Source: a virus. From it: 64,000 nucleotides of DNA. The stretch lies in IMG/VR virus record IMGVR_UViG_3300025108_000016. One strand, written 5' to 3'. The position numbers and the translations under genes were made by a program. The notes below the pieces were generated by a model. It was not told the DNA's origin. It saw nothing but the letters and a program-made list of their open reading frames with translations, and ran no database searches. Below, one piece after another: positions 18,477 through 28,830 of the stretch (position 1 is the first letter of the stretch; every line of letters begins with the position of its first letter).

Positions 18477-20962
18477 AGTTTTACACCAGCGTTCAGCAAG
18501 CAGGTAATAATATCCAGGTTCGTGGATACCAAAACGGAAACCAGTTCAGCGATAAGGTCCCTTTTAACCCTACGTTGTATCTGCCCACCCAACAACCTTC
18601 TCGCTGGAAGACTCTGGATGGTAAGAATGTTCGTCCTGTACAGCAGGGAACTATTCGTGACGCAAGAAAGTTTGTGGATGATCATAAAGACATTCCTGAC
18701 TTTGAGATCTGTGGTCAAACTCGCTACCTGAATCAATACATTGCAGAACAATATCCTGCAGATCAGATTGAGTTTGACTCTAGTCAGATTCGTGTGTTCA
18801 CACTTGACATCGAGACAGCAGCAGAGAATGGGTTCCCTGATATCGAAACTGCCGACCAAGAAATTCTTCTTATCTCTTTGAAGGATAGTCGCACAAGACG
18901 CATCCAGGTCTTCGGACGTTATGCGTTTGACAACACCCACAAAGACGTGGACTACATGCACTTCAGTACCGAGGTTGGTATGCTGCAGGCATTCATCCAT
19001 TACTGGATGAGCAACTATCCTGATGTTATCACTGGGTGGAACGTGCAGTTGTTCGACATGACTTACATAAGTAAGCGTATCGAACGTGTTATTGGTGAGC
19101 GTGACGCTAAGTTATTGTCACCATGGAAGTCTACTTATTGTCGTGAGATTTATATCAAAGGTCGTAAGCAAATTGCATATGACATCTCAGGTATTGCAAC
19201 GCTTGACTATCTTGAGTTGTATCGTAAATTCACATACACAAATCAATCATCTTATCGTCTAGATCATATTGCTAGTGTAGAACTAGATACAAAGAAACTA
19301 GATCATAGTGAGTATGACACCTTCAAAGAGTTCTACACCAAGGACTGGCAGAAGTTTGTAGAATACAATATCATTGACGTTCGTCTGGTTGACCAGTTGG
19401 ATGATAAGATGAAGTTGCTTGAACTTGCCTTCACTATGGCATATGATGCTAAGGTAAACTTTGAGGATGTATTTTCTCAGGTTCGTATGTGGGATAATTA
19501 TATCTACGTCGAGTTGCTAAAGAGACACATTGCAATACCCCCCAAGAAGGAAGCAAGAAAAGACGCTAAGTATGCTGGTGCATATGTTAAAGAACCTAAA
19601 CCAGGTTTTTATGACTGGGTTGTCAGCTTTGACCTTAATAGTCTGTACCCTCATCTTATCATGCAGTATAACCTCTCACCAGAGACCCTGCTCCCAAACA
19701 GACACCCTACAGCAACTATTGATAAGTTGCTTGAGAAAGAGATAGACACATCTGGTATTACCGATTGTCTTGCTGCTAATGGTACTCTGTACAAGAAGGA
19801 TGAGATGGGTTTCCTTCCTATGATGATGCAGAAGATGTATGACTCTCGCGTTATCTACAAGAAGAAGATGCTTGAAGCAAAGCAGCAGTATGAGAAGACT
19901 CCTACTATTGAATTGAAGAAAGAGATTGCTCGCTGTAATAACATTCAGATGGCAAAGAAGATCTCCCTCAACTCTGCTTATGGTGCTATTGGTAATGAAC
20001 ACTTTCGATACTTCCGACTAGAGATTGCTGAGGCAATCACTTGTTCTGGACAACTTTCCATTCGCTGGATCAGCAATAAAACAAACGCATACTTAAACAA
20101 AATTTTAAAAACAGATGATGTTGATTATGTTATTGCTTGTGATACCGATTCTATGTACCTCAACCTGGGTCCTTTGGTTGAAACTGTATTCGCCAACAGA
20201 GAGAAAACTGATGCGGGAGTTGTTTCTTTCCTTGACAAGGTGTGTAAGGTGGAATTTGAAAAGTATATTGAAAGTTCTTACCAAGAGCTCGCCACTTATA
20301 TGAATGCATATGACCAGAAGATGGTCATGAAGAGAGAGAACATTGCTAATCGTGGTTTCTGGACTGCAAAGAAACGCTATGTTCTTAACGTATGGGATAG
20401 TGAAGGAGTTCGATATAAAGAACCTAAGATGAAAATCTGTGGTATGGAGACTGCTAGATCTTCTACACCACAATACTATCGTGATAAACTATATCATGCA
20501 TTCAAATTAATCTTGACACAAACCAATGAAGACTTGATTGAGTTTATTGAGTTTGTGAAAAAAGATACTAGAAACCAGGACTATGTAAATATTGCTTTCC
20601 CCCGTGGATGCAATGGCATGACCAAATACAAATGTTCCCATGACATTTATCGTAAGGGAACACCTATCCATGTGAGAGGATCTTTACTTTATAATTACTA
20701 TGTTCGCAAGAACAAGATAACTAATAAGTATCCTATTATTCAGGAAGGAGAAAAAATTAAATTTATTTATCTGAAGACACCAAATCCAATGATGCAAAAC
20801 TGCATTAGTTTCTTCAGTGACATCCCTAAAGAATTTAATTTAGACAAGTACATTGATTATCAATTACAATTTGAGAAGTCATTCCTAGAACCTTTGAAGA
20901 ATGTGCTAGGATGTATTGATTGGGATTACGAAAAAAAAGTTTCACTATTATCATTTTTATAA
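18473..20962 (+). CDS. g43: Family B DNA polymerase gp43
   Basis: DIET exo I, SFDLNSLYP, KISLNSAYG, DTDS, KKRY; unsplit, no intein. Confidence 0.98.
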   Translation: MKFYTSVQQAGNNIQVRGYQNGNQFSDKVPFNPTLYLPTQQPSRWKTLDGKNVRPVQQGTIRDARKFVDDHKDIPDFEICGQTRYLNQYIAEQYPADQIEFDSSQIRVFTLDIETAAENGFPDIETADQEILLISLKDSRTRRIQVFGRYAFDNTHKDVDYMHFSTEVGMLQAFIHYWMSNYPDVITGWNVQLFDMTYISKRIERVIGERDAKLLSPWKSTYCREIYIKGRKQIAYDISGIATLDYLELYRKFTYTNQSSYRLDHIASVELDTKKLDHSEYDTFKEFYTKDWQKFVEYNIIDVRLVDQLDDKMKLLELAFTMAYDAKVNFEDVFSQVRMWDNYIYVELLKRHIAIPPKKEARKDAKYAGAYVKEPKPGFYDWVVSFDLNSLYPHLIMQYNLSPETLLPNRHPTATIDKLLEKEIDTSGITDCLAANGTLYKKDEMGFLPMMMQKMYDSRVIYKKKMLEAKQQYEKTPTIELKKEIARCNNIQMAKKISLNSAYGAIGNEHFRYFRLEIAEAITCSGQLSIRWISNKTNAYLNKILKTDDVDYVIACDTDSMYLNLGPLVETVFANREKTDAGVVSFLDKVCKVEFEKYIESSYQELATYMNAYDQKMVMKRENIANRGFWTAKKRYVLNVWDSEGVRYKEPKMKICGMETARSSTPQYYRDKLYHAFKLILTQTNEDLIEFIEFVKKDTRNQDYVNIAFPRGCNGMTKYKCSHDIYRKGTPIHVRGSLLYNYYVRKNKITNKYPIIQEGEKIKFIYLKTPNPMMQNCISFFSDIPKEFNLDKYIDYQLQFEKSFLEPLKNVLGCIDWDYEKKVSLLSFL

Positions 20963-20964
20963 CC

Positions 20965-21987
20965 ATGGGATTTCTAGATACAGTCATTAAGGACAGCAAG
21001 AATGAGTATGCTAGTCTTGTTAGCGAAGGGGTTGCTGCTGGCGATATTGAATCTTTTGTTGATACTGGGAGTTACGTTGTTAACGCCCTGGTTAGTGGTT
21101 CGATTTTTGGAGGTTTTCCTTCCAATAAGATTACTGCCGTGGCAGGAGAATCAGGCACGGGTAAGACTTTCTTTTGTCTTTCTGTCGTTAAGCATTTCCT
21201 CGATACTGATCCTGGCGCTGGAGTTATCTATTTTGAAACTGAGTCTGCCATTTCTAAAGACATGATCGAGAGTCGTAACATTGACTCCGATCGCATGGTA
21301 ATTTTTCCAATCAATACCATTGAAGAGTTCCGTACACAAGCAGTAAGAATTGTAGACAAATTCATGGAACAACCTGAAGAAGACCGCAAACCACTCATGT
21401 TTGTGCTAGACTCTTTGGGTAACCTTGCCACCAACAAAGAGGTTCAGGATGCAGCAGACGACAAGAACGTCCGCGATATGACAAAAGCACAACTGGTCAA
21501 ATCTGCCTTTCGCATCTTGACACTGAAGCTTGGCAAGGCTAATATACCAATGATCGTTACCAACCACACCTATGATGTCATCGGCGCTTATCATCCTGCA
21601 AAAGAAATGGGGGGAGGCAGTGGACTCAAGTATTCTGCTAGCACAATCGTTTATCTCGGAAAGAAAAAAGAGAAAGATGGAACAGATCTCATCGGAAACA
21701 TTATCAAATGCGAGGCTAAGAAGTCTCGTTTGACACGTGAGGGTTCCAAAGTAGAGACTAGACTTTACTTTGATGCTAGAGGTTTGGAGAAGCACTATGG
21801 ATTACTTGAGATTGGCGAGCGAGCAGGGTTGTGGAAAAATGTTGCTGGACGCTATGAAATTAATGGAAAGAAGATCTATGCGAAAGCAATCCTCAAAGAC
21901 CCAGAACAATACTTCACCCCCGAAATCCTAGAAGCAATAGATAAGCAGGCACAAAAAGAATTTTTATATGGTACAGAAGATGAGTGA
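20965..21987 (+). CDS. uvsX: RecA-like recombinase UvsX
   Basis: AGESGTGKT, VLDSLG, MGGGSGLKY. Confidence 0.95.
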   Translation: MGFLDTVIKDSKNEYASLVSEGVAAGDIESFVDTGSYVVNALVSGSIFGGFPSNKITAVAGESGTGKTFFCLSVVKHFLDTDPGAGVIYFETESAISKDMIESRNIDSDRMVIFPINTIEEFRTQAVRIVDKFMEQPEEDRKPLMFVLDSLGNLATNKEVQDAADDKNVRDMTKAQLVKSAFRILTLKLGKANIPMIVTNHTYDVIGAYHPAKEMGGGSGLKYSASTIVYLGKKKEKDGTDLIGNIIKCEAKKSRLTREGSKVETRLYFDARGLEKHYGLLEIGERAGLWKNVAGRYEINGKKIYAKAILKDPEQYFTPEILEAIDKQAQKEFLYGTEDE

Positions 21988-23368
21988 GAAAATGGAAACA
22001 ACTATTTTGCGTAACCTCCTTTCCACGGAGGAATTTTATCGCAAAGTAGTTCCCTTTCTCAAAGCAGAATACTTTGAAGATATTTCTGAACGTATTATTT
22101 TTGAAGAGATTAATGACTTCTCGTCTAAGTATGATAAGATGCCAACTGCTGAAATTGTCATACTTCAACTACAACAACGCAATGATCTCAACGAAGACAC
22201 GTATCAAACATCTGTTAAGCATATTAAGGAATTTCCCCAAGAGTTTACAGACACAGCATGGCTCGTTGACCGAACTGAAAAGTGGTGTCAAGAGCGAGCA
22301 ATCTACAATGCCCTCCTACATTCGATCAAGATCGCAGACGGAGGCGATAAAGAGATTTCGAGAGATGCGATACCCTCCATTCTCCAAGAAGCCTTGGCAG
22401 TATCGTTTGATGAATATATCGGACACGACTACGTAGATAACGCTAGCGAGAGATATGATTTCTATCACAGAGATGAAGAGAAACTTCCTTTTGATCTTGA
22501 TAAATTCAATGCTATCACTAAAGGTGGTCTCCCCAATAAGACACTATCTATTGCCCTTGCTGGTACAGGTGTTGGTAAGTCTCTATTCATGTGTCATTGT
22601 GCCACTGCTGCTCTACAGCAAGGTAAGAATGTCTTGTACATCACTGCTGAGATGTCCGAAGAAAAAATTGCAGAGAGAATTGATGCCAATCTTTTAAACA
22701 TAAACATTCGAGACATTTCTACATTACCCGAACAACTCTTTATATCTAGAGTTGCTGAGATTGGTAGAAAGACAGAAGGTAAACTTATTATCAAAGAGTA
22801 TCCTACTGCTAGCGCACATGCTGGTCACTTTAAGTCTTTATTAAATGAACTATCTTTGAAGAAATCATTCAAACCAGATATCATTTTTATTGATTACCTA
22901 AATATTTGTGCTTCTTCTAGATACAGAGGACACATTGTCAACTCATACACTTATGTAAAATCTATTGCTGAAGAGTTGCGTGGATTGGCGTGTGAGCATG
23001 ATGTTCCTATTGTGTCAGCAACACAAACTACTCGTAGTGGATTTGGTTCTACTGATGTAGAAATCACTGATACTTCTGAGTCATTTGGTTTACCTGCTAC
23101 TGCTGATCTTATGTTTGCTCTAATCTCTACTGAGGAGTTAGAACAATCAGGTCGCATCATGGTAAAACAATTAAAGAATCGCTATGGCGATCCAACAATG
23201 CATCGACGCTTTACCGTAGGGGTTGACAGAGCGAAGATGAAATTGTATAATGTGGACGATGATCCAGCAGAACTTGCAATCACCGATCACGAAGAACCAT
23301 CCGATGTGTTTGAAGACGTATCAAATCGTCAAAAACGCATCGATAAATTTAGTAACTTTATTATTTGA
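21980..23368 (+). CDS. g41: Replicative helicase gp41
   Basis: AGTGVGKS, IFIDYL, SATQTTR, SESFGLPATAD. Confidence 0.96.
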   Translation: MSEKMETTILRNLLSTEEFYRKVVPFLKAEYFEDISERIIFEEINDFSSKYDKMPTAEIVILQLQQRNDLNEDTYQTSVKHIKEFPQEFTDTAWLVDRTEKWCQERAIYNALLHSIKIADGGDKEISRDAIPSILQEALAVSFDEYIGHDYVDNASERYDFYHRDEEKLPFDLDKFNAITKGGLPNKTLSIALAGTGVGKSLFMCHCATAALQQGKNVLYITAEMSEEKIAERIDANLLNINIRDISTLPEQLFISRVAEIGRKTEGKLIIKEYPTASAHAGHFKSLLNELSLKKSFKPDIIFIDYLNICASSRYRGHIVNSYTYVKSIAEELRGLACEHDVPIVSATQTTRSGFGSTDVEITDTSESFGLPATADLMFALISTEELEQSGRIMVKQLKNRYGDPTMHRRFTVGVDRAKMKLYNVDDDPAELAITDHEEPSDVFEDVSNRQKRIDKFSNFII

Positions 23369-23371
23369 AAC

Positions 23372-23779
23372 ATGTCAAAGGTTAATTTTGAACGCTATCA
23401 AGAATTTGTGGCAGAAGTCACTTCAGATTGTTCTACAAACTTTGTTGATTTCGCTGACCGTATTGGTGAGCTTGATAGACAAGGTGCCAATATTGAGAGA
23501 CTGCTTACTGCTGGTGTTGGAATTAATGCTGAGGGTGGTGAGTTCCTTGAGATCATTAAGAAGATGGTCTTCCAAGGAAAACCATGGAACGAAGATAATC
23601 GTGAGCATCTTATCATTGAGTTGGGTGATATTATGTGGTACGTTGCTCAAGCAACAATGGCACTTGATATATCCTTCGATGAGGTAGTTGAGATTAATGT
23701 CAACAAACTGAAGAAGCGTTATCCAGGAGGAGAATTTGATGTATTCAAATCAGAAAACAGAGCAACAGGCGACAGATAA
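23372..23779 (+). CDS. mazG: MazG pyrophosphohydrolase
   Basis: EGGEFLEIIKK, ELGDIMWY, KLKKRYP. Confidence 0.93.
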   Translation: MSKVNFERYQEFVAEVTSDCSTNFVDFADRIGELDRQGANIERLLTAGVGINAEGGEFLEIIKKMVFQGKPWNEDNREHLIIELGDIMWYVAQATMALDISFDEVVEINVNKLKKRYPGGEFDVFKSENRATGDR

Positions 23780-23780
23780 G

Positions 23781-23918
23781 ATGTATCATATTTACGATCA
23801 TAACGGAGTGGTAACCCACTCTTTATCTGAAGAAGATTTTGATCGTCTTTATGATGCAACTAATCAAGACTATGAAGAATGTATACTAGATAAATCTAGT
23901 GAGGAGCACTCTTACTAA
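23781..23918 (+). CDS. Small hypothetical protein
   Basis: ORF coupled to next gene by TAATG. Confidence 0.55.
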   Translation: MYHIYDHNGVVTHSLSEEDFDRLYDATNQDYEECILDKSSEEHSY

Positions 23919-24115
23919 TGTTCAGTCTCTGGATCCATCTACGAGCATTCTTTTCTGTTGTAGTGGTGAGTTGTGCTCACCCTGTCAATTGGGAGCAGTG
24001 TGTTCGTGTGGACCAGTGGCTCTTGCCAGAAGTCAAGCAAGGATATGAATTATGGACAGGACAAACACATCCCTATCAAAGTGAAAAAGATTATCTTAAC
24101 CTCCCTTCTAAATAG
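23918..24115 (+). CDS. Small hypothetical protein
   Basis: CAHPVNWEQC motif. Confidence 0.65.
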   Translation: MFSLWIHLRAFFSVVVVSCAHPVNWEQCVRVDQWLLPEVKQGYELWTGQTHPYQSEKDYLNLPSK

Positions 24116-24133
24116 TTAGACGGGGGGTTTTTT
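24098..24133 (+). promoter_or_regulatory. Hairpin/terminator with embedded late promoter, covering the RBS of the next gene
   Basis: AACCTCCC-T-TCTAA-ATAG-TTAGA-C-GGGGGGTT + T run; CTAAATA at 24108-24114; ATG at 24135. Confidence 0.7.
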
Positions 24134-24134
24134 A

Positions 24135-25916
24135 ATGGCAGATATAAAAACTATATACGAAGCTTTTGCAAAAGATATTGCCGAAGAATATGATATTGCG
24201 GGAATAATTCAAAGACATAATTCTTCATTAACAGCAGAGAGTCCTGCCTATACTGAACCTGTAGATAATGCAGCCTCTTTTGGTGTTCTTAAAGTTGTTG
24301 CCGATACCTCTAAATCTGGATACGGCACAATGATAACAGTGCAGAACACAAGTGAAAGAGATAACATACTTAATAAAATATATACTGCTCTAGACCCTGA
24401 AGCGATAAGAGATAAACTTGTCTTGAAATTATTGGAAAATGAAATCATGGCAGATGTTGAAGATCTAGTATTTACTAGAAGTACTAATTTTTCTAGTGGG
24501 TCTAAGACAATTTACATGAATGTTGTTGAGATGAAAAAAGATGGCAAACCAAAAGCGTCTCCAACTCCTGCATTTGTAATTTTTGCTAAGGGACTTAAAG
24601 GCACAAAAGCTGACCCACATGAGTTAATGACTGGCACTCTTATTGCTATGGAAAGGATTGTTAATTATGCTCAGATTAATAGGATGAGTACAATTGAGCG
24701 AAATACTGCTCTTGAAAATTTGACCAATGAAGTACATTCAAATCACAGAATGGTTGATGGTCATAGCAGTAAGGATGCTTCTGTTATGCAAGGTGACATA
24801 GTTAACTTAGCAAAAGCAATATCCGTTTCTAATTATGTTGTTGGACTATGCAAAAGAAATGGAGCAACAATTGAAAAAGTTTATCAAACTGGTGCTGCTT
24901 GGAGTAAAGATATAAGAAAAATTAAAGGTAAAGACCAACTTAAAGATCAATTAATTAAAGATTACAATTCATCAGATTTAATTGTCAAAATTAAACATAA
25001 CAAAATTATACATTATTGGGCACTATCACTAAAGAAAAAATCTGGTATTAATGATGACCCAACTCTATTGAATAAACCATTGGTTGGTGAAGGATCTGAT
25101 AATGGAAAGAAAAAAGCAGGATACTTATATCTTAGGGGCAATGCTGCACAAAAAACTGCGATGGCATCTGCCGAGGATAATTTTTGGAAACAAGTTTACA
25201 TGGTAAAATTTGGTCCAGACGCACCTGTTTTTCCATCAGGTAAAAAACTTGGAGACAATGTTTCTCCTACAAATTGGACTGACGTTAACAATTGGAAAAA
25301 AACTTTAAATGATTCTTTGTCTGATGCTGATAAGAATGCAGCGTTAACTGGAAAAGAATATCGTAATGTAAAATATCCCAAAAACTTTTTCTTTGAAACA
25401 CTAGATGAAGTCTTCAGAGACATCATGGAAGAACCAAGAAACTTTAGAGAGTTTTTGGATTTGGCATTTAGATTTGATATTGAAGACTATGTGAAACAAG
25501 AGCATTTTCATTTCAGTTTGATTACTGGGTCTGGGAGAGTAAATCCAAATGGCACTCTAACTGTTAGACCTGCAGAAGATAAAAGTTCTGCGTTATTGAA
25601 AGAAGTATTTACTGCATTACTTAGTGGTGGCGTTAGGTCATTCAATCCTTCTAGGGCAACTAGAGCACCAAATTTAATTTTGGAAACCACAAGCGGGAAA
25701 ATGCAAGCATTCCAAAACGGAGCGACAGCTGCCAAACTGTACTACACGATGAAAATTGATACGCTTCCTGTGGTAAACTTAGAAGTAAGATACAAAGGTT
25801 CCATCACTGCCTCTCCTCAGTTTCAAGTTTTTATTACAGTGAATTTTAAAAGGTATTTACATACCATTAAAAGAAAACTTAGTACTAAAGGAATTCGCGC
25901 TTTCTTAACCCGATGA
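24135..25916 (+). CDS. Large hypothetical protein, putative PD-(D/E)xK nuclease
   Basis: HE...DYNSSDLIV...YWALSLKKK arrangement; AT-rich; late control element. Confidence 0.5.
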   Translation: MADIKTIYEAFAKDIAEEYDIAGIIQRHNSSLTAESPAYTEPVDNAASFGVLKVVADTSKSGYGTMITVQNTSERDNILNKIYTALDPEAIRDKLVLKLLENEIMADVEDLVFTRSTNFSSGSKTIYMNVVEMKKDGKPKASPTPAFVIFAKGLKGTKADPHELMTGTLIAMERIVNYAQINRMSTIERNTALENLTNEVHSNHRMVDGHSSKDASVMQGDIVNLAKAISVSNYVVGLCKRNGATIEKVYQTGAAWSKDIRKIKGKDQLKDQLIKDYNSSDLIVKIKHNKIIHYWALSLKKKSGINDDPTLLNKPLVGEGSDNGKKKAGYLYLRGNAAQKTAMASAEDNFWKQVYMVKFGPDAPVFPSGKKLGDNVSPTNWTDVNNWKKTLNDSLSDADKNAALTGKEYRNVKYPKNFFFETLDEVFRDIMEEPRNFREFLDLAFRFDIEDYVKQEHFHFSLITGSGRVNPNGTLTVRPAEDKSSALLKEVFTALLSGGVRSFNPSRATRAPNLILETTSGKMQAFQNGATAAKLYYTMKIDTLPVVNLEVRYKGSITASPQFQVFITVNFKRYLHTIKRKLSTKGIRAFLTR

Positions 25917-27127
25917 GCAAAAACACTCACTTAGAGCACCTTGAAGATAGTATTTTATTTGATGGCAAGCAAGGTGCAGTTGATGCATTTAAGTTTTTAG
26001 ATTTACTTGCTCAAACTTTTTCTGGAAAATCATCCAGTAATTTTAAGATTACTACTAAATGGGATGGAGCACCTGCTATCTTCTGTGGTCAGTATCCTGG
26101 CACGGGTACATTTTTTGTGGGTACAAAATCTGTCTTCAATAAAGAAGCAAAGGTTAATACCACACCTGAAGAGATTGATGTAAACCACGGACATGCTCCT
26201 GGTCTGGTTGCCAAGTTAAAAGATGCTTTAACTTATTTCCCTAAACTTAATATTAAGGGTGTAGCACAAGGAGACTTGCTTTTTACTGATGATAAAAAAT
26301 TTGAGGTTATTGATGGCAAGAGATGCATCACCTTCAAACCTAATACAATTACATATGCTATCCCAGAAGATAGTGACTTATATGAAAAAGCAAAACGTGC
26401 GAAGATTGGTGTAGTATTTCATACAACTTATAAAGGACAATCAATTGCAGGACTCTCTGCAACTTTTGGATATGATATTAGTAAATTAAAAACTAGTCCT
26501 GATGTATTGGTTTTGTCTGCAGAAACAGAGTCATTAGGGAAAGATGTTCTGTTGACTCAAGCAGAGCACTTACAACTTAAGAGAATGAAAAATGCTGGTT
26601 CTGCTTTAGTAAGAGCAACTGGTGGATTCCTTGACAAGGTTGCTGTACAGATTGCAGAAAACGACCAGTTGACTGTCGGTCCCAGATTAAAAATCTATTT
26701 CAATACTTATGTCAGACAGGGACGCAAGGTCAATAATGCTAAGAAGTTTGTTGAAAACTTCAAGAAATACTTTGAAGGTGAAGTGCAGAAAGCAGTTGCT
26801 AAGGTGAAGACACCTAAGGCAAAGGCATCCAAACTTGCAAAACTATATGCTGGTCTGGATTTTATCGAAGCAAACGAAGCAGAGATGATTAAGGCAGTTG
26901 GACTATATACAACGTTGCAGAATGCCAAAACATTTTTTGTCCGTAAACTAGAAAAGGGCGAGAAGATTGGTACATATCTACAAACAGAAAATGGTTATGA
27001 GATAACAGCGCCAGAGGGATATGTTGCTATCAGTAAAGATAGTACTGCAGTCAAGTTGGTGGACAGATTGTCATTCAGTGTTGCAAACTTCAATGTATCT
27101 AAAGACTGGGTAGCAGGAGATAAATGA
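25913..27127 (+). CDS. Ligase-like nucleotidyltransferase (DUF6267-type)
   Basis: NTHLEHLED N-terminus; KWDG, QGD, EGYV, VKLV motifs. Confidence 0.7.
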   Translation: MSKNTHLEHLEDSILFDGKQGAVDAFKFLDLLAQTFSGKSSSNFKITTKWDGAPAIFCGQYPGTGTFFVGTKSVFNKEAKVNTTPEEIDVNHGHAPGLVAKLKDALTYFPKLNIKGVAQGDLLFTDDKKFEVIDGKRCITFKPNTITYAIPEDSDLYEKAKRAKIGVVFHTTYKGQSIAGLSATFGYDISKLKTSPDVLVLSAETESLGKDVLLTQAEHLQLKRMKNAGSALVRATGGFLDKVAVQIAENDQLTVGPRLKIYFNTYVRQGRKVNNAKKFVENFKKYFEGEVQKAVAKVKTPKAKASKLAKLYAGLDFIEANEAEMIKAVGLYTTLQNAKTFFVRKLEKGEKIGTYLQTENGYEITAPEGYVAISKDSTAVKLVDRLSFSVANFNVSKDWVAGDK

Positions 27128-27672
27128 GTAGAGTAGTAGTAGCGTGGGGTAGATTCAATCCTCCAACAATCGGACACCAGAAACTTATCGATGCAGTTGC
27201 TAAGATTGCCGATGGAGATGACTACTTCATCTACCCTACTCATACTCAAAAGAAACCAAAGGACCCACTACCATCTGACAGGAAGGTGGAGTATATGAAA
27301 AAAATGTTTCCATCTCACGCATCACATATTATTCATAACAGGGATGTAAACACCATTATTAAATTGTTACAAGAGTATCAGGGAACCTATTCTGATTTGA
27401 CATTAGTTGCTGGATCTGATAGAATCTCTAGTTATAAAGTACTATTGGATAAGTATAATGGTGTAGAATATACATATAGGAATTTAGATGTAGTCTCTGC
27501 TGGCGAGAGGGATCCAGATGCAGATGGTGCTTCTGGTATGTCTGCAAGTAAAATGAGAGCTGCTGCTAAAGAGTTAGATACTGTTACCTTTAGAAAAGGT
27601 ATTTCAGAAAATTTAAGTAATCAGGATACATCAAAATTAATGATAGAAGTGAGAAAAGGTATGGGGTTATGA
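27124..27672 (+). CDS. HIGH-family nucleotidyltransferase (cytidylyltransferase/NadD-like)
   Basis: GRFNPPTIGH, VAGSDR, MSASKMR. Confidence 0.88.
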   Translation: MSRVVVAWGRFNPPTIGHQKLIDAVAKIADGDDYFIYPTHTQKKPKDPLPSDRKVEYMKKMFPSHASHIIHNRDVNTIIKLLQEYQGTYSDLTLVAGSDRISSYKVLLDKYNGVEYTYRNLDVVSAGERDPDADGASGMSASKMRAAAKELDTVTFRKGISENLSNQDTSKLMIEVRKGMGL

Positions 27673-27947
27673 GAAATTTTAAACATCTTAGAGAGCAAGC
27701 ACTGCGTCAGCAACAAAGACATGAAGAATTTTTTCAAGAAGGTGACGCGGTTATGTCTGCATTAACTGGAGAAAAAGGAACAATTAAACGTGTAGGTGGT
27801 AACTATGCTATAGTAATTTCCGAATCAGGTCAGATGTTTCGTTCGTGGATAAAAGATATCCGTCATGTCAATGTTATAGATTCTATAAATAAAGAGAGGA
27901 AAAGAAGTATCTTCGACAATAATGGAACGTCAAAAACCAACGACTAG
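27669..27947 (+). CDS. Hypothetical protein (SH3-like)
   Basis: ATGA overlap; GD.V...G..GTIKRVGGNY...W..D. Confidence 0.7.
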   Translation: MRNFKHLREQALRQQQRHEEFFQEGDAVMSALTGEKGTIKRVGGNYAIVISESGQMFRSWIKDIRHVNVIDSINKERKRSIFDNNGTSKTND

Positions 27948-28830
27948 TGTTCAGCATAATGACGAGTTCTCTAGAGCTCTAATTGAATCTTATGGTAAAT
28001 GGACTCAGGGTGCAGGATTCGGATGGCATCTTCATGAAGAAGGTATTCCTGCCGAGCAGAAGCAAGGCGAGGAACAACCTACCCGTGAAGGCGGTGCTGA
28101 TGCTTCCACATCAATCCCTGATCTTGCTGGTAGTGAAGAGAAGAGTGATGAAGGTGAAAAAGATATCAAAGCAAATGCAGGTGCTCCTGATCCTGCTACC
28201 GATTTACGTGTTGGTGCAGGCGTCAAACAATCTCACGGAGCAGAAATTCGCGACACCACGAAGGTGGTTGCGAAGGAGTCGTGTGATACCTGCTCTAATT
28301 GCGGAGGGAAAGGGTGCTCCAAGTGCCAGAAGGAAGATAAGAATAGTATGAAGAAAGAAAAAGCAGTGACTGAAGGCAAAGGTCTCTATGCAAATATTCA
28401 TGCTAAGAGAAAAAGAGGTGGCACTCCTGCTAAACCAGGCAGCGATGCTTACCCCGCTAAGGATGCATTCAAGAAGTCTGCTAAGACTGCTAAGAAAGAA
28501 GCAGTATCGTTTGAACTTGATGGTGTTGAGTATGTCTTTGAAGAAGAAGTAATCGAAGAAGGCATGAAGACCGCACGTAAAAATGTCGGTGCTTCTACAT
28601 GCTGGAAGGGATACAAAGCATCTGGCACCAAGAAAAAAGGTGGCAAAGAAGTTCCTAATTGTGTCAAGGAAGGAAAGAAACTTGATGCAGTAGGTAAGGA
28701 AGACAAGGACATCGACAACGATGGTGATCACGATAAGTCTGACAAGTATCTCCTAGCACGTCGTAAGAAAGTATCCAAGATCATTGGTGCTAAGAAAAAA
28801 GGCATGAAGGAAGAAACCGAAAAAAAGTAA
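27922..28830 (+). CDS. Highly charged late protein, probable head-internal protein
   Basis: TATAAATA at 27884; CWKGYK and DIDNDGDHDKSDKYL motifs; ends in A-AAA-AAG-TAA. Confidence 0.75.
   Translation: MERQKPTTSVQHNDEFSRALIESYGKWTQGAGFGWHLHEEGIPAEQKQGEEQPTREGGADASTSIPDLAGSEEKSDEGEKDIKANAGAPDPATDLRVGAGVKQSHGAEIRDTTKVVAKESCDTCSNCGGKGCSKCQKEDKNSMKKEKAVTEGKGLYANIHAKRKRGGTPAKPGSDAYPAKDAFKKSAKTAKKEAVSFELDGVEYVFEEEVIEEGMKTARKNVGASTCWKGYKASGTKKKGGKEVPNCVKEGKKLDAVGKEDKDIDNDGDHDKSDKYLLARRKKVSKIIGAKKKGMKEETEKK

Noticed and set aside
18449-19000. 183-aa antisense ORF in g43 and similar antisense ORFs (e.g. 28204-28731, 58646-59191)
   Set aside because: Shadow frames of well-supported genes with no motifs or initiation signals
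25722-25743. Operator-like GCGACAG-N8-CTGTACT inside the 593-aa gene
   Set aside because: No clear -10 at the expected spacing; may be chance
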